The notes: generated from the letters alone by a model not told the origin. 44,498 nucleotides of DNA from a virus (IMGVR_UViG_3300049135_000084:1-44498), one strand, 5' to 3'. Positions 24,603 through 35,193 are shown, numbered from the stretch's first letter. Numbers and translations are program-made.

Positions 24603-24672
24603 AGGCAGTTCCTCGTTTCAGACGGGCTGCGCCAGCTGGCGGCAGACGATGACGGTTACCGGGCTGGGGAGA

Positions 24673-25719
24673 TCAGTCGGCGAGGCGCTCGGCGAGCAGG
24701 GCGGCGACCCTCTCGGCGATCTGCTCGGCAAGCGCGGGGTTCGAGGCGACGGCAGAGGCGAGGGTGGCGATGTCCGCGTCGCTCATGTCGACCGCGCCCA
24801 CGGCGCCTTCCAGGTTCCGGAGGCGGGCGACCGCCTCACGGACACCCTCCGCCGTCGTCTGGATGGCGTACCGCGCGGTCCACGTGTCGTTCGCGACGGT
24901 CTTCCCGTCGGCCGCGAAGTAGTCCGGGTTGTTGTACGGCGGCCGGGCGGCCGGGATCACGTCTCGCTGCCACACACGGTCGAGGTCGCTGTTCTCCAGG
25001 ACGCCGCCACCGGAGAGCAGCTTGCCCACCACGGCGTCGGCGACCTTCCGCACGTCGCTGTCGGTCAGGGCCATGTCGTCGCTTCCTTCCCACTGTCCCG
25101 CCGGGAGCGCCAGGCACGCGGCCAGGTCGCGGCGGAAGTCGGTCATGTCGAACCCGCGCGGGTCGACCTTCCAGTCCGACCACTCCAGATGGCCGATCCC
25201 GCTCTTCGCGCTCCAGCCGTGCGCGCGGCAGATCGCGGCCGTGGCCTTGACGATGGCGACGTACTGGACGCGCGGCCACGGGTCCTTGCCGTCGCCCTCG
25301 TTCTCGCACTCCCAGCCGTAGAAGCGGGCGTTGCCGTCGACCGCGCCGGCCGAGCCGTCGTGCTTGTGTGTCGCCGGTGGGCGGTCGCCGTACGACTCGC
25401 CCATGACGGCGTCCAGGACGGCGCCGTCGCCTCCGCCCGCGTGGTTGGCCCGGCCGTTACCGGTCAGGTGGATGACGCCGTCCTTGGTGATGCAGCCGGT
25501 GGAGAGCGGGCCGGGCAGGGCACTGTGGCCGTCATAGATGAGGTTGACGACGTCGGTGCCGGGCCCGGTGACGGTGTGGTGGATCATCACGCCGTGCACG
25601 GGCCCCCACGCGCCCCGGTGGTTGCGGTTGTGGGTGCGCCACGAGCGGACCTCGTGGACGGTCACGCCCTCAGCGCGGAGGGCATCCACCAGCCTCGAGG
25701 CGGACAAGGGTGTGGCCAT
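24673..25719 (-). CDS. Endolysin, N-acetylmuramoyl-L-alanine amidase
   Basis: VMIHHT, ANHAG, GWECEN, IGHLEW..WKVDP Zn-amidase motifs. Confidence 0.9.
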   Translation of the reverse strand: MATPLSASRLVDALRAEGVTVHEVRSWRTHNRNHRGAWGPVHGVMIHHTVTGPGTDVVNLIYDGHSALPGPLSTGCITKDGVIHLTGNGRANHAGGGDGAVLDAVMGESYGDRPPATHKHDGSAGAVDGNARFYGWECENEGDGKDPWPRVQYVAIVKATAAICRAHGWSAKSGIGHLEWSDWKVDPRGFDMTDFRRDLAACLALPAGQWEGSDDMALTDSDVRKVADAVVGKLLSGGGVLENSDLDRVWQRDVIPAARPPYNNPDYFAADGKTVANDTWTARYAIQTTAEGVREAVARLRNLEGAVGAVDMSDADIATLASAVASNPALAEQIAERVAALLAERLAD

Positions 25720-25781
25720 GGGGCCTCCAGACATGAGAAAAGCCCCGATGAGGGGCGCAGGGTAGGGCGGTAGGGAAGGGG

Positions 25782-27338
25782 TCAGAACCTGCGGATGAGG
25801 CGGAGGCTGGTGGCATAGAGGCCGGTCCCGTCGAGGGTCGAGGCGCCGCCCAAGTCAGCCATCGTGGGGCCGTTGGGCGTCTTGCGGCTGTTGATGAACC
25901 GCGGGTGGCCCGCGCTGTCCGCGCCGAGGTAGATGCCGTTGTGGTCGAGCTGCCCGGCGACGGGGTCGGAGGTGTCGGCATCGAACAGTGGAATGTCGCC
26001 GATCTGCATGTTGGTGAGCGGCGGCGGGGTGTCGGTGGATTGGGCGACGATGATGCCCGGCCCGGATGGTCCGATATTTTTCGTCTGCCGCGGCAGGTTG
26101 ATGCCGTCGAAGTCGAGGTTGCGGACCATGGGGATGCCGCCGTGGAAGCCGTAGATCATGCGGACGAAGCCGGAACAGTCGAGGCACTTCTGCCACTTCG
26201 GGTCCGGCACAGGGACCGTCTCGCCGTTGACGAACGTCCAGCCGAGGCCCATGTACTCGTGGAAGTCGGCGCCCTCCATGCGGGTGCCGTCCGTGTCGTT
26301 CGGGCCGTACTTCGATTCCCCGGCGATCTGGGCCCCGCCGAGGGCGGGGCTCGTGACCGCCGGCACGCCGGTGATGTACATCATCGCGTAGGCGAGGACG
26401 TCCGGCGTGGTGTCGACGGCCCAGGAGCGAATCTGGGTGGCGAGCGACGGCGTCCACGTTCCGGTGAACGGCGCTGGCAGGAGGCGCACCCAGGTGTTGT
26501 GGGTGATGACGGGCGGGTCGGGCCAGGTCCCGGAGTACAGCTGAATGTCGTGCACCCGGAGAGTGAATGGAATCGCCGTGGACCCGGTCGAGGCGATGCC
26601 TCGGACGCCGATCCGGCCGGCGCCGAGGGTCGCGTCTGCGACCTCGTGCACCCACGTGGAGGGTTCGCTCGTGCCGTCCTTCCAGGCCCGGCAGCGGATG
26701 GTGGTGCCGGAGCGCTGGGCGCGGATATGCCAGACGTCGCCAATCACATACCCGGAGCCGACCTGGACGGCGGAGCCGAGCGTGGTGGTACCGCTGGACG
26801 TCTGGAGCTCAAGGGTGAGCTGGACGACGCCGGTGGTGAGGACGGACAGCCGGGCCCGGTACTGCGACGTGGAGCTGGTGTATGCGAACGACAGTGCCAG
26901 CGATGAGGCGTTGCCGGTGGGCATGACGTCCAGGCTCCAGGACAGCCGTGCGTCGAGGTCGGTGATGTTGTCGATCAGGCTCGTGTGGCGGGAGGCGTTG
27001 TCGGCAGTGATGTTGATCAGTCCGTAGCCGCCGGCCACGCTGTAGTTCGCGTCGACGCCGTTCGCGTTGGACCAGTTGCCGCCACCTGGTGAAGTGCCCC
27101 AGCCGTTGCTGATGGTCCGGTCGAAGCTGTCGAGGAAGGGACGCTTCGTCTCGGTGAATGCGCGCGAAGGCCCGCGCATAGCGACGGTCTTCGCTCCGAC
27201 GGTCAGCGTGGCCAGCAGCCCCTGACTGTCGGAGACCTGGAGCAGCTCGGGCGGGCCGGGCACCGTCTCAGTCGTCAGGCTCCCGACCGGCTGCTGGTTC
27301 GGCAGCCGGTCATCGAGGATCATCAGCGGACTCATCAC
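25782..27338 (-). CDS. NlpC/P60-like hydrolase with beta-sandwich domain (tail-associated)
   Basis: LDCSGFV and DHNGIYLG motifs; Ser/Thr/Gly beta-rich segment beginning DSFDRTISNGWG. Confidence 0.75.
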   Translation of the reverse strand: MMSPLMILDDRLPNQQPVGSLTTETVPGPPELLQVSDSQGLLATLTVGAKTVAMRGPSRAFTETKRPFLDSFDRTISNGWGTSPGGGNWSNANGVDANYSVAGGYGLINITADNASRHTSLIDNITDLDARLSWSLDVMPTGNASSLALSFAYTSSTSQYRARLSVLTTGVVQLTLELQTSSGTTTLGSAVQVGSGYVIGDVWHIRAQRSGTTIRCRAWKDGTSEPSTWVHEVADATLGAGRIGVRGIASTGSTAIPFTLRVHDIQLYSGTWPDPPVITHNTWVRLLPAPFTGTWTPSLATQIRSWAVDTTPDVLAYAMMYITGVPAVTSPALGGAQIAGESKYGPNDTDGTRMEGADFHEYMGLGWTFVNGETVPVPDPKWQKCLDCSGFVRMIYGFHGGIPMVRNLDFDGINLPRQTKNIGPSGPGIIVAQSTDTPPPLTNMQIGDIPLFDADTSDPVAGQLDHNGIYLGADSAGHPRFINSRKTPNGPTMADLGGASTLDGTGLYATSLRLIRRF

Positions 27339-29086
27339 ACCCCCTGCACATCGACCTGAATGGTCACGGCCGCAGGCGCGCCGGCGACCGAGCGAACAGC
27401 CACCGCGAGGGAGTCACCGGCGGCGAAGGTCTGGTTCTGGACGCCCGGCCCGGACAGCCAGGTATCCGCGGTCGACAGGGACAGGTCGACGGCCAGGAGG
27501 TCGGCGCCGTCCTTCGCGGCGTTGATCGTGGCGCCAGTGCCGCCGGCCCGGTAACCGCGCACCGCGGTGACCGTGCAGGCCTTCGGCGCCCGCCAGATCA
27601 CATAGGTGACGGCCCCCGTGGGAGCGGGGATGACCAGGCCCTTGGTGGCGGTCGACGTCGGTGCCGTCCGCACCGGTGCGGTGGTGGGGCCGGTCGCTTC
27701 CGTGACATTTGCACCGATGACCAGGGTGCCGGTGCTGGTGGAGTGCAGGCCCTGCGTGGCGGCGTGCAGGTAGGCGTCGTCGACCTGCACGAGCGCAGCC
27801 GCCCCGGTGACCGTCATGCCGTACTGGGGGCTGTTGGCCTGGGTACCGTCGTCGTCCGTGCCCGGGTAGCAGGTCAGGTTCGACACGAGCACTGGCGTCT
27901 CCGCTGCGGCGACGGCGAGGCCGGCGTATCCGCCGCCCCCGGCGCCGCCGTTGCGACCGTCGCGCCGGGTGTGCAGGCCGCTGATCTGGACGGGCGGGTT
28001 GCCGCCGGCGTCCACGCACATGCCGTGCCAGCCGTTGCGGTCGGTGGAGCAGCCGGAGAAGACCATGCCCCCGGAGCCGGTACCGTCCGCCCAGTCCCCG
28101 GTCACGTAGAACCCGTGGTTGCCGTTCCACTCGGCGCGGCAGCCGATGGCCTGCGAGTTGGCGGCGTTGGCGATGACGAACCCGTTGGCCCAGTTACCGA
28201 TGGCCTGGCAGTCGACCATGGTGATGTCGGTCATGACCGTCACGGACATGCCGTGGGCGTGGTTGTTGTCGAGCATCACCCGGTGCAGGCGCCAGCTGTA
28301 GGGGAACTTCCCGCCGTTCTCGCCGGTGTAGATGCCGTTGCCGGTGCACTGCCGGATCGTGACGTCCCTCAGGCCGACGTTCTGGATGTTCCCCTTCGCT
28401 TGGATCCCGTCGGCGGTGGCGACCAGGTCCCGGCCGTCGATCATCAGGTTCAGGATGCGGTGCTCGGCGCTGATGGTGGAGTAGCCGCCGGTGAGCTCGT
28501 CGAGGAACTTGATGACCGCGTCGCCGGCGAAGCTCGCCAGGGGCCGGATGTGGCAGGGCGGATCGGTCAGGTTCGGCACCGTCATCAGGTTGGTGTGGGT
28601 GCCCTGCAGGGTGACGGCGGGCGGGATCGTCAGCGGCGCGCTGGTGCGGTAGGCGCCGGCGGGCAGGTACACCACGCCGCCCATGGGGCAGGCGGCCAGC
28701 GCGGCCTGGATCGCCGCGGTGTCGTCGGTGACGTTGTCGCCCTGGGCGCCGAAGTCCATCACGTTCAGCCAGTCACGGACCGAGCCGACGTTCGCCTCGG
28801 TGGTGCCGGCGTCGTGCGCGTCCATCCAGACCCGGGCGCCGCCTCCGGCTTCGGCCCACATCCCGGTCACGGAGTCCGGGCCGGAGAAGCTGGGCAGGAG
28901 CCCTTGTTCGTTGGCCGTGACCTCGGTGATCGGCTGGCTGGCAGCATCGAGGAGGTCGGTGTACTGCGTGCCCTCGGTGACTGAGTCCCAGAACGTGACG
29001 ACCACCCCGGGCGCCACGCCCCACACCCCGTCCATCGGCTGGACGATGTAGTCGGCGATACCGCGGCCGAACTCGTAACGTGCCAT
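27335..29086 (-). CDS. Tail spike/fiber with pectate-lyase-like beta-helix
   Basis: NVMDFGAQGDNVTDDTAAIQAA...VYLPAGAY followed by Asn/Gly parallel beta-helix repeats. Confidence 0.85.
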   Translation of the reverse strand: MARYEFGRGIADYIVQPMDGVWGVAPGVVVTFWDSVTEGTQYTDLLDAASQPITEVTANEQGLLPSFSGPDSVTGMWAEAGGGARVWMDAHDAGTTEANVGSVRDWLNVMDFGAQGDNVTDDTAAIQAALAACPMGGVVYLPAGAYRTSAPLTIPPAVTLQGTHTNLMTVPNLTDPPCHIRPLASFAGDAVIKFLDELTGGYSTISAEHRILNLMIDGRDLVATADGIQAKGNIQNVGLRDVTIRQCTGNGIYTGENGGKFPYSWRLHRVMLDNNHAHGMSVTVMTDITMVDCQAIGNWANGFVIANAANSQAIGCRAEWNGNHGFYVTGDWADGTGSGGMVFSGCSTDRNGWHGMCVDAGGNPPVQISGLHTRRDGRNGGAGGGGYAGLAVAAAETPVLVSNLTCYPGTDDDGTQANSPQYGMTVTGAAALVQVDDAYLHAATQGLHSTSTGTLVIGANVTEATGPTTAPVRTAPTSTATKGLVIPAPTGAVTYVIWRAPKACTVTAVRGYRAGGTGATINAAKDGADLLAVDLSLSTADTWLSGPGVQNQTFAAGDSLAVAVRSVAGAPAAVTIQVDVQGV

Positions 29087-29087
29087 G

Positions 29088-30026
29088 TCACACCACCCAG
29101 CTGGTTCCGGACTGCGGCAGGACGAAGTCGCCGGTGCTGATGGTCGGATGGTTGGCCAACACGACCTGCCCGGCCTGGTCGCTGGCGGCCGAGTAGATGA
29201 CGATTCGCGCGACCTCGACGCCGCTGCAGTAGGCCAGTGCGTACTGGTCGCGGGTGGGGTGCCGGAAGCTGCTCGGGATCTGTACGGGCAGGCGCGATTC
29301 GCTGGTTCCGGCGAGTGCGCCGGCCGTGCGCTTGAAACCGCCGAGCCTCAGGTGCACGCTGCCGTTGCGCTTCTGCAGGACGCTGTCCACCTCGTTGGAC
29401 CAGGCGCTGTTCGGGGCGTTGACGTTGATGACCCCGGAGTCCTCGAATACCGCCTCCCAGCCGGTACCGGTCCACAGCATGGCGCGCCCGGTGTCCGTCT
29501 CGTAGTTGATCTCGCTGACCACAGGGGCGGGGTTGCGGGTGGACGACGTGCACGGTCGCACCCGGCTGCCGACGTACAGCTCCTTGCGGGTCACGGTGAC
29601 CGAGGTGGCGCCGCTCAGCAGGCGTGCCTCGGCGAGCGGGATCTCGTAGGTACCAGTGTCGCCCGTCGACTGCGACAGGCTGGGTACGCCTGCTCCGGGA
29701 GTGCCTGGCTTGACGACCGCGCGCACGGTCCAGTCAGCGCGGTTCAGGCGCAGCACGACTCGGTCGATGCGGGCCTGCCCGCTGGAGTTGGGGGCGATCG
29801 GAAGGGTGTCGCCGTCGCTGCCGGAGGACCACGCGTGCCCGCGCACCGACCCGTAGACGTTGGCCCGGATGGTGACGTTGAGGCCGACGCCGGGGGAGAC
29901 GACGGCTGTGTCTGCTGGTGTGCCGTACACGCCGTTGTCCGAGAAGTGCGCGGCCATGCGCTCGTACTCGACGTCGGTCACCGCCCGGGCGTTGTGCCCC
30001 GGGCTGGGCCATGATGCCTGCGCCAC
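29088..30026 (-). CDS. Minor tail protein
   Basis: RIDRVVLRL and YEIPLAEA motifs; synteny; GTG 30026 with GAGG. Confidence 0.8.
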   Translation of the reverse strand: MAQASWPSPGHNARAVTDVEYERMAAHFSDNGVYGTPADTAVVSPGVGLNVTIRANVYGSVRGHAWSSGSDGDTLPIAPNSSGQARIDRVVLRLNRADWTVRAVVKPGTPGAGVPSLSQSTGDTGTYEIPLAEARLLSGATSVTVTRKELYVGSRVRPCTSSTRNPAPVVSEINYETDTGRAMLWTGTGWEAVFEDSGVINVNAPNSAWSNEVDSVLQKRNGSVHLRLGGFKRTAGALAGTSESRLPVQIPSSFRHPTRDQYALAYCSGVEVARIVIYSAASDQAGQVVLANHPTISTGDFVLPQSGTSWVV

Positions 30027-30028
30027 GT

Positions 30029-31210
30029 CTACCTCGCTTCCAGTCGTGCCACTCGCCGGGCCAGATCGCGCGCGACGCGCACCGTGGCCGTGGTGGTGGT
30101 CTTGTCGGAGTTGCCGACGACCGAGGTGACGACCTCGCCCTCGTCGGGGGTGGCCTCGAGGCGGATCGTCTGTACGACGTCCGCGACTTCGAGGCCGGAC
30201 GGCAGCGCGATGGTGACGCGGTCGCCTAGGCCGTAGTCGCGGCCGGCCTGCAGGTCTGGGGTGTCGACGGTCACGGTGGCCAGGGAGGCCTGGGGGTTGT
30301 CGTCGCCCAGGGCGAGGTTGCCGGCCTGCGTGAGCTCGCCGTTGGCGTTGTCCTTGCCGGACTGCTCGATGAGCTTTTCCACCCGGTACCAGTCGGCGGC
30401 CGCGCCGGAGTTGACCTCGACATAGACGCGCACGTTGGGCGGTTCCCCCTCGGGCGCCGCGTTCTTCGGATCGTTGCCGCCCTGCACCAGTTCCGCCGTC
30501 GCGGTCGGCGCACCCATCGTGAAGCGCACCGACCTGAGGTTGCCCAAGCCGGGCGAGAACCGGGCGGTGCTCGTGCGGTCGACCGGCTGATACACACCGA
30601 ACCGGATCTCGTCGCCCACCTGCCGGGTGCGGAAGCCCAGGCCGTCGCCGACGGCCACGGTCCGGCACGCGTCCAGCAGCGGCTCGAACCGCGTGCGGAT
30701 CGTGCGGGTGGTGCCGACGCCGGCGACAGCGTCGAGGACCAGGCGCTCAATACGCCGCGCGGTCAACGCGCCCGGGCCGCAGTTCTCGTTGACCAACTGG
30801 CGGATGATGAGCTCGGCGTTCACGCCGCTGAGGTTGCGCACCACATCGCTGGTGGTGGTCTGAGCGGAGAACGCCAGGGCGGGGTTGGGGTAGGTGAGGT
30901 ACCCGGCCACCCGCGCCAGATCATCGGTGAACTTGGCGGTGACCGTGCCGGGGTCGGCGTTCTGGCCCAGGTCCCACGTGTAGTCCTGTGGTTCCTCGAG
31001 CGGGCCCGCACACCAGATCGCGTTGTCCCGGATCAGCACCATGCGGTTGCCGGGTTGCAGCAGCTGCATGTACTCGGGCCACGCCGGCAGCGTCACCTCG
31101 CCAGACGCGGGGGCGTTGAAGTTCAGATCGCACGTGACCTTGGTCCACTCGGCGAGCGGGTCGCCGAGAAAGTTGAGGTTGCGGTCGGTGACCAGCAGCT
31201 TGATCGTCAT
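30029..31210 (-). CDS. Minor tail protein (ReqiPepy6 Gp37-like)
   Basis: Position after Dit; GRDYGLGDRVT motif. Confidence 0.8.
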   Translation of the reverse strand: MTIKLLVTDRNLNFLGDPLAEWTKVTCDLNFNAPASGEVTLPAWPEYMQLLQPGNRMVLIRDNAIWCAGPLEEPQDYTWDLGQNADPGTVTAKFTDDLARVAGYLTYPNPALAFSAQTTTSDVVRNLSGVNAELIIRQLVNENCGPGALTARRIERLVLDAVAGVGTTRTIRTRFEPLLDACRTVAVGDGLGFRTRQVGDEIRFGVYQPVDRTSTARFSPGLGNLRSVRFTMGAPTATAELVQGGNDPKNAAPEGEPPNVRVYVEVNSGAAADWYRVEKLIEQSGKDNANGELTQAGNLALGDDNPQASLATVTVDTPDLQAGRDYGLGDRVTIALPSGLEVADVVQTIRLEATPDEGEVVTSVVGNSDKTTTTATVRVARDLARRVARLEAR

Positions 31211-32184
31211 GCCGTCTCATACCTCGGGTGAAAGGTCAGGTCGACGGCGCTGCCCGCCGCTGCGCCGTCCAGCTGGAACGTCACCGGCGTATCGCCCGGC
31301 GGCAGCGACCACAGCACAGCCTCAGGCCAGTTCAACCCGGCTACCAGGTTCTCGCCGGTGCCTGAGCGGACGCGCGGTGGATCGGTGGACACGGTGACGG
31401 TTTCCCCCGCCAGCAGCGGCCCGTGCACCGTCTCGGACATGTTGAGCGTGAACGACTCGTTGGTGTCCTCGCGGGTGAACGTGATCGCCGAGGCGGGGCC
31501 CGTGATCAGCCACTGCGGCCAGACGTCGACGTCGCCGGGGTTCATCACCGTGGTGGCGCCCAGGACTTGCGACGACGACACCGTCGGGTACGGCACCAGG
31601 TAGTCCCCCTGAGCACCGGTCTCCCGGTGCACCGTCTGCGGGACGACGTCCACCCAGTACGGGTCCTCGCACCACAGCGTCAGCACGGCGCTGTCCCATG
31701 TGATGCCGGTTGCGGTCTGCCCGCGCCCGTCCCAACCGTCGAAGTAGACCACGCGGATACGGCGGGCGGTGCCGTTCGGGCGGGCTACCTCGAGCAGGCC
31801 AGGAGAGACTGGCCGGCCGTCCGGCCCGGGCCGCAGAGTCCGAGTGAAGGCCTTCCCCATCGCCCGCCAGTTCGCGGTGAATCGAGTATGGTCGGCGCCT
31901 TTGACCAACACCGGCCACACGATCTTGCGCGGCTGCGGCTGGACATGCCGCACCCTCGCGCCACCGCGTGGGTGCGGGTCAGATGTCACCGTGTACGGCG
32001 CCGCACCCAGACCAGACACGCCCTCAGCGAGGGTGTACCAGTCGGCGTTCAGGTCGGTCATCGGCCACCGGGTCCCGGCCGGGTCGATGTACGTGATCGA
32101 CGCGTAGCCGATCTCCGGCAGGTCGACCGGAGGCGGCGTCTGTGGCTGTTCCGGGGTGACGACCGGCGCTGTGATGAGGGGCAT
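31207..32184 (-). CDS. Distal tail (Dit-like) protein
   Basis: CEDPYW, NPGDVDVWP, WSLPPG motifs; follows tape measure. Confidence 0.85.
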   Translation of the reverse strand: MPLITAPVVTPEQPQTPPPVDLPEIGYASITYIDPAGTRWPMTDLNADWYTLAEGVSGLGAAPYTVTSDPHPRGGARVRHVQPQPRKIVWPVLVKGADHTRFTANWRAMGKAFTRTLRPGPDGRPVSPGLLEVARPNGTARRIRVVYFDGWDGRGQTATGITWDSAVLTLWCEDPYWVDVVPQTVHRETGAQGDYLVPYPTVSSSQVLGATTVMNPGDVDVWPQWLITGPASAITFTREDTNESFTLNMSETVHGPLLAGETVTVSTDPPRVRSGTGENLVAGLNWPEAVLWSLPPGDTPVTFQLDGAAAGSAVDLTFHPRYETA

Positions 32185-35013
32185 CTACCTGGGCCTCCCT
32201 ACGCGCTGGCGCGCCTCTTCCTGCCGCTGCAGCAGCTGCAGGTCCTCGACGCTGATCACCGACTGGCGGGGGTAGACGTTGTACGTCACGGGGGGAACCA
32301 TCGCTGTACTGGCTGCCGCCGGCAGCGCCGGTGCCGCAGGCAGACCGGGGCGTGCGGCTCGCCCCGCCGGCAGGCGGCCGTCGCCGAATGTGCTGAGCAT
32401 GGCCCGGGTCATTGCCGCGTCGAACACCCGCGCCGACTGCCCGAACACGACCAGCTCCGGCCCCTCCTCACCGACGAGGGCCAGCTCGCCCGCAGTCGGC
32501 CAGCCACCGCTGGCGTACTTGGACACGCCGCCCTCGCCCCGGATGGGCCTGCCGCTCGTATTGGACTCTGCGATCGTGCGTCGGCGGGTGGTGATGATGT
32601 GGTTCGTGTAGGTGGTGGCTGTCTTGCCGTCCAGCCGGTCAAGCGCCTGGCGTACGGCGGCGATCGACGCGATGGCTTGGCCGTTCCTCGTGAACACCTC
32701 GGTCCGCCCGTCGGGCAGTCGCCGGGTTTTCAGCCCGACCGCTTCGAGCGCTTCGATCGCCGCGGCGTTCAGCGTTTCCACCTTGATCGACTTGGCGCCA
32801 GGCGTGCGCCTGATCTGTGCCTGCACAGCCAGCAGACCCTGGATCGCGTCCTCACGTTCCAGCCGGACCGCCGTCTTGACCTCGCCCGGGGTGCCCAGCA
32901 ACGTCTCGACGTACTTCCGGGCCTGTGAATCGCTCATGCCTGTGGCCTTGGCCAGCCGCAGCATCTCACCACGGAGCTGGTCCGACTTCTTCGTCATCGA
33001 CCCGAGCGACTCACCCGCGGCAAGGCCGGCCGCCAGCATCTCGTCGTGCGCCTTCGCCGCCGAGCTCATGGCCTGGCCGTTCTTCCGGCCTGCTTCCGAG
33101 TTGAGGTCGAGCGTCGCCCCGTTGTCCTTGAAGGCCTCGGTCAGCGCGTCGATGCTCGCCTCGAACTGGATCTGCGAGTCGTAGGCGCTGCGGTTGGCGT
33201 CGTTGAGCGCCATGATGCTCTGCCGCAGGCCTTCGGCGCTCTGCTTCTGCGCGTCGAGCTGCCCCTGCACCTTGGCGGCCTGGTCCCCGAAGATGCCCAT
33301 GCTCTGGGCCGCGAGCTTTTGTTCCAGAGCCTGTCCGGCCAGGGCGTCCTTGTAGTTGTCGAGCTCGCCGGTGAACTTGGCGACCTCCTCGGCGTTCATT
33401 CCCTTGGTCATGGCCTGGACAGCCGCCGCGGCCTGCTCCGCCTTGCCGCCACTGACCAGGCTGGCCAGGCCTTCGTCGATCGCGTCGACGTTCTTGGTGA
33501 ACTCCTCGGTGGAGTCGCTGGCATCGAGGAAGCCGTTCGTGACGTCGGCGCCCCAGTTGTTGATGCTGTCGGCCACGCTCGGGTCGAGGACTGCCTTGAC
33601 CTGTTCGTGCAGCTTCCCGAAGTCCTTGCCCAGCAGTTCGGCCGCGTAGCCGGTTGCTTTCCCGGTCCGCCCCAGCTCCCCCAGCGACGTGGTCAGCTTG
33701 TCGACATCCGGCGAGGTACCGCGCCCCGTCTGCGACAGCTCTGTCAACGCGATCAGCAGCAGGCCGATGCCCGTACCGGCAATGGCGAGTTTCGCGGTGC
33801 GTCCCAGAGTGGCAACCGCCGCGCTGGTCGCGGCGAGCGGCCCGGGTGCGGCGGCCGCGGCCGCGCGCATGGCGCCGATCTGCACGCCGAGCGCGGCCAC
33901 GGCTGCACCGGCTGCGGCACCGCCAGCGGCAGCGAGCTTCACCGCCTTGATGGCGATGGCCAGCTGCAGCAGCAGCGCGATGGCATCGGGGGGTACTGCG
34001 GAGACGATGCCGGACAGGGCGTTGATGACCTCAAGCATGCCGACGCCGACACCGGAACCGGCCTCAAGGACGTTGAGCAGGGCCTCGCCGACGTTCTCCA
34101 GCGTGTCCCAGACGACAGGCCCCTGGGCTTGGGCCCAGTCGAAGAACTCGGCCAGGCCGCCACCGTCGTACTCGCCGCTCTCCAGCTTGGCCAGGAAGAT
34201 GGTCAGCTCGTCGACGCCTCGGCGCATCGTCCGCTCGGTGAAGTTCGTGAACCGCTGGTTCAGCGCGTCGAACCCCGGGGTACTGACTGCACCACCAGCC
34301 AGCGTGATCAGACGGTCGAACTGGGTCGATGCGCCCTTTACCAGTCCGGTCGTCTTGGGCAGCAGCTCGTTGGCCACCGCGACACCCTTGGTGAACGGGC
34401 CCATCACGTCACCGGCGAGATCATCGGACCACTGCTCGAAGTTGTCCGCGAGGAGACCGACCGCGACCGCCGCTTCACGGGTCGCGGGCGGCATCGCCGC
34501 CAGGTGCCGCTGGTACTCCTGCTGCGCCTGTGCTGCTTCCTTACTGCCCCGCCCGGAGGCGGCGACGGCCTCCTCGTACTTCTTCTGCGCGTCCCTGGCT
34601 TCGGTGACCTTCCCGATCTGCGGGCCCAGCGCAAGGGCGTAGACGCCGGCCGCCACGGCGACCGCACCGAACTGGGCGGCGACGGCGGCCGCCGAACTCG
34701 CCAGGCCCGCGGTCGCCGGAATCGCCGCCGGAGCCAGCGAGATGAGGTTCGCTTTCAGCGCGTCCCCAAGACGCCCGGCCTCGTCCGACAGCGCGGTGAA
34801 GCGCCGCTGGACGATCCCCGTCCGGTCGTCGAGGATCCGCTGCGCGTCAGCCACCGACAGGAACCGTCCCTGAAGGTTGCGCAGGTTGCCGTCTGCGTCC
34901 GCGGTGATGCCGGCCATGCTCAGCCGGAGCCGGTCCGCCGAGTTCGCGGTGCCGTCCAGTACTCGGCTCAACTCGTCACGGCCGGCCAGGGTGAACGTCA
35001 GACGCTCAGACAC
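32185..35013 (-). CDS. Tape measure protein
   Basis: 942-aa Ala-rich helical protein after chaperone genes; C-terminal ASGG...LVGEEGPELV. Confidence 0.9.
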   Translation of the reverse strand: MSERLTFTLAGRDELSRVLDGTANSADRLRLSMAGITADADGNLRNLQGRFLSVADAQRILDDRTGIVQRRFTALSDEAGRLGDALKANLISLAPAAIPATAGLASSAAAVAAQFGAVAVAAGVYALALGPQIGKVTEARDAQKKYEEAVAASGRGSKEAAQAQQEYQRHLAAMPPATREAAVAVGLLADNFEQWSDDLAGDVMGPFTKGVAVANELLPKTTGLVKGASTQFDRLITLAGGAVSTPGFDALNQRFTNFTERTMRRGVDELTIFLAKLESGEYDGGGLAEFFDWAQAQGPVVWDTLENVGEALLNVLEAGSGVGVGMLEVINALSGIVSAVPPDAIALLLQLAIAIKAVKLAAAGGAAAGAAVAALGVQIGAMRAAAAAAPGPLAATSAAVATLGRTAKLAIAGTGIGLLLIALTELSQTGRGTSPDVDKLTTSLGELGRTGKATGYAAELLGKDFGKLHEQVKAVLDPSVADSINNWGADVTNGFLDASDSTEEFTKNVDAIDEGLASLVSGGKAEQAAAAVQAMTKGMNAEEVAKFTGELDNYKDALAGQALEQKLAAQSMGIFGDQAAKVQGQLDAQKQSAEGLRQSIMALNDANRSAYDSQIQFEASIDALTEAFKDNGATLDLNSEAGRKNGQAMSSAAKAHDEMLAAGLAAGESLGSMTKKSDQLRGEMLRLAKATGMSDSQARKYVETLLGTPGEVKTAVRLEREDAIQGLLAVQAQIRRTPGAKSIKVETLNAAAIEALEAVGLKTRRLPDGRTEVFTRNGQAIASIAAVRQALDRLDGKTATTYTNHIITTRRRTIAESNTSGRPIRGEGGVSKYASGGWPTAGELALVGEEGPELVVFGQSARVFDAAMTRAMLSTFGDGRLPAGRAARPGLPAAPALPAAASTAMVPPVTYNVYPRQSVISVEDLQLLQRQEEARQRVGRPR

Positions 35014-35016
35014 AGC

Positions 35017-35193
35017 TCACCCCCTCAGTGATGCGACGTGCTGGTCCAGCCACGCGACCAGCCGCAGGAACCGGCCCACAGGAAGCCGGTCGTACTCGGA
35101 CGGCTGCACGTGCAAGAAGTGGTAGAACAGCGGCTCGTACTGCTCGATCAGCCCGCGGAGTCCTGGCGGTGGCGCACCAAGTGGCCTTTTCCC
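35017..35193 (-). other. -1 frameshift extension of tail assembly chaperone
   Basis: Slippery GGGAAAA at 35193-35187; -1 frame open to TGA at 35017, just before the tape measure start. Confidence 0.8.

Noticed and set aside
25782-29086. Diversity-generating retroelement or invertible tail-fiber switch
   Set aside because: No reverse transcriptase, invertase or template/variable repeat pair seen
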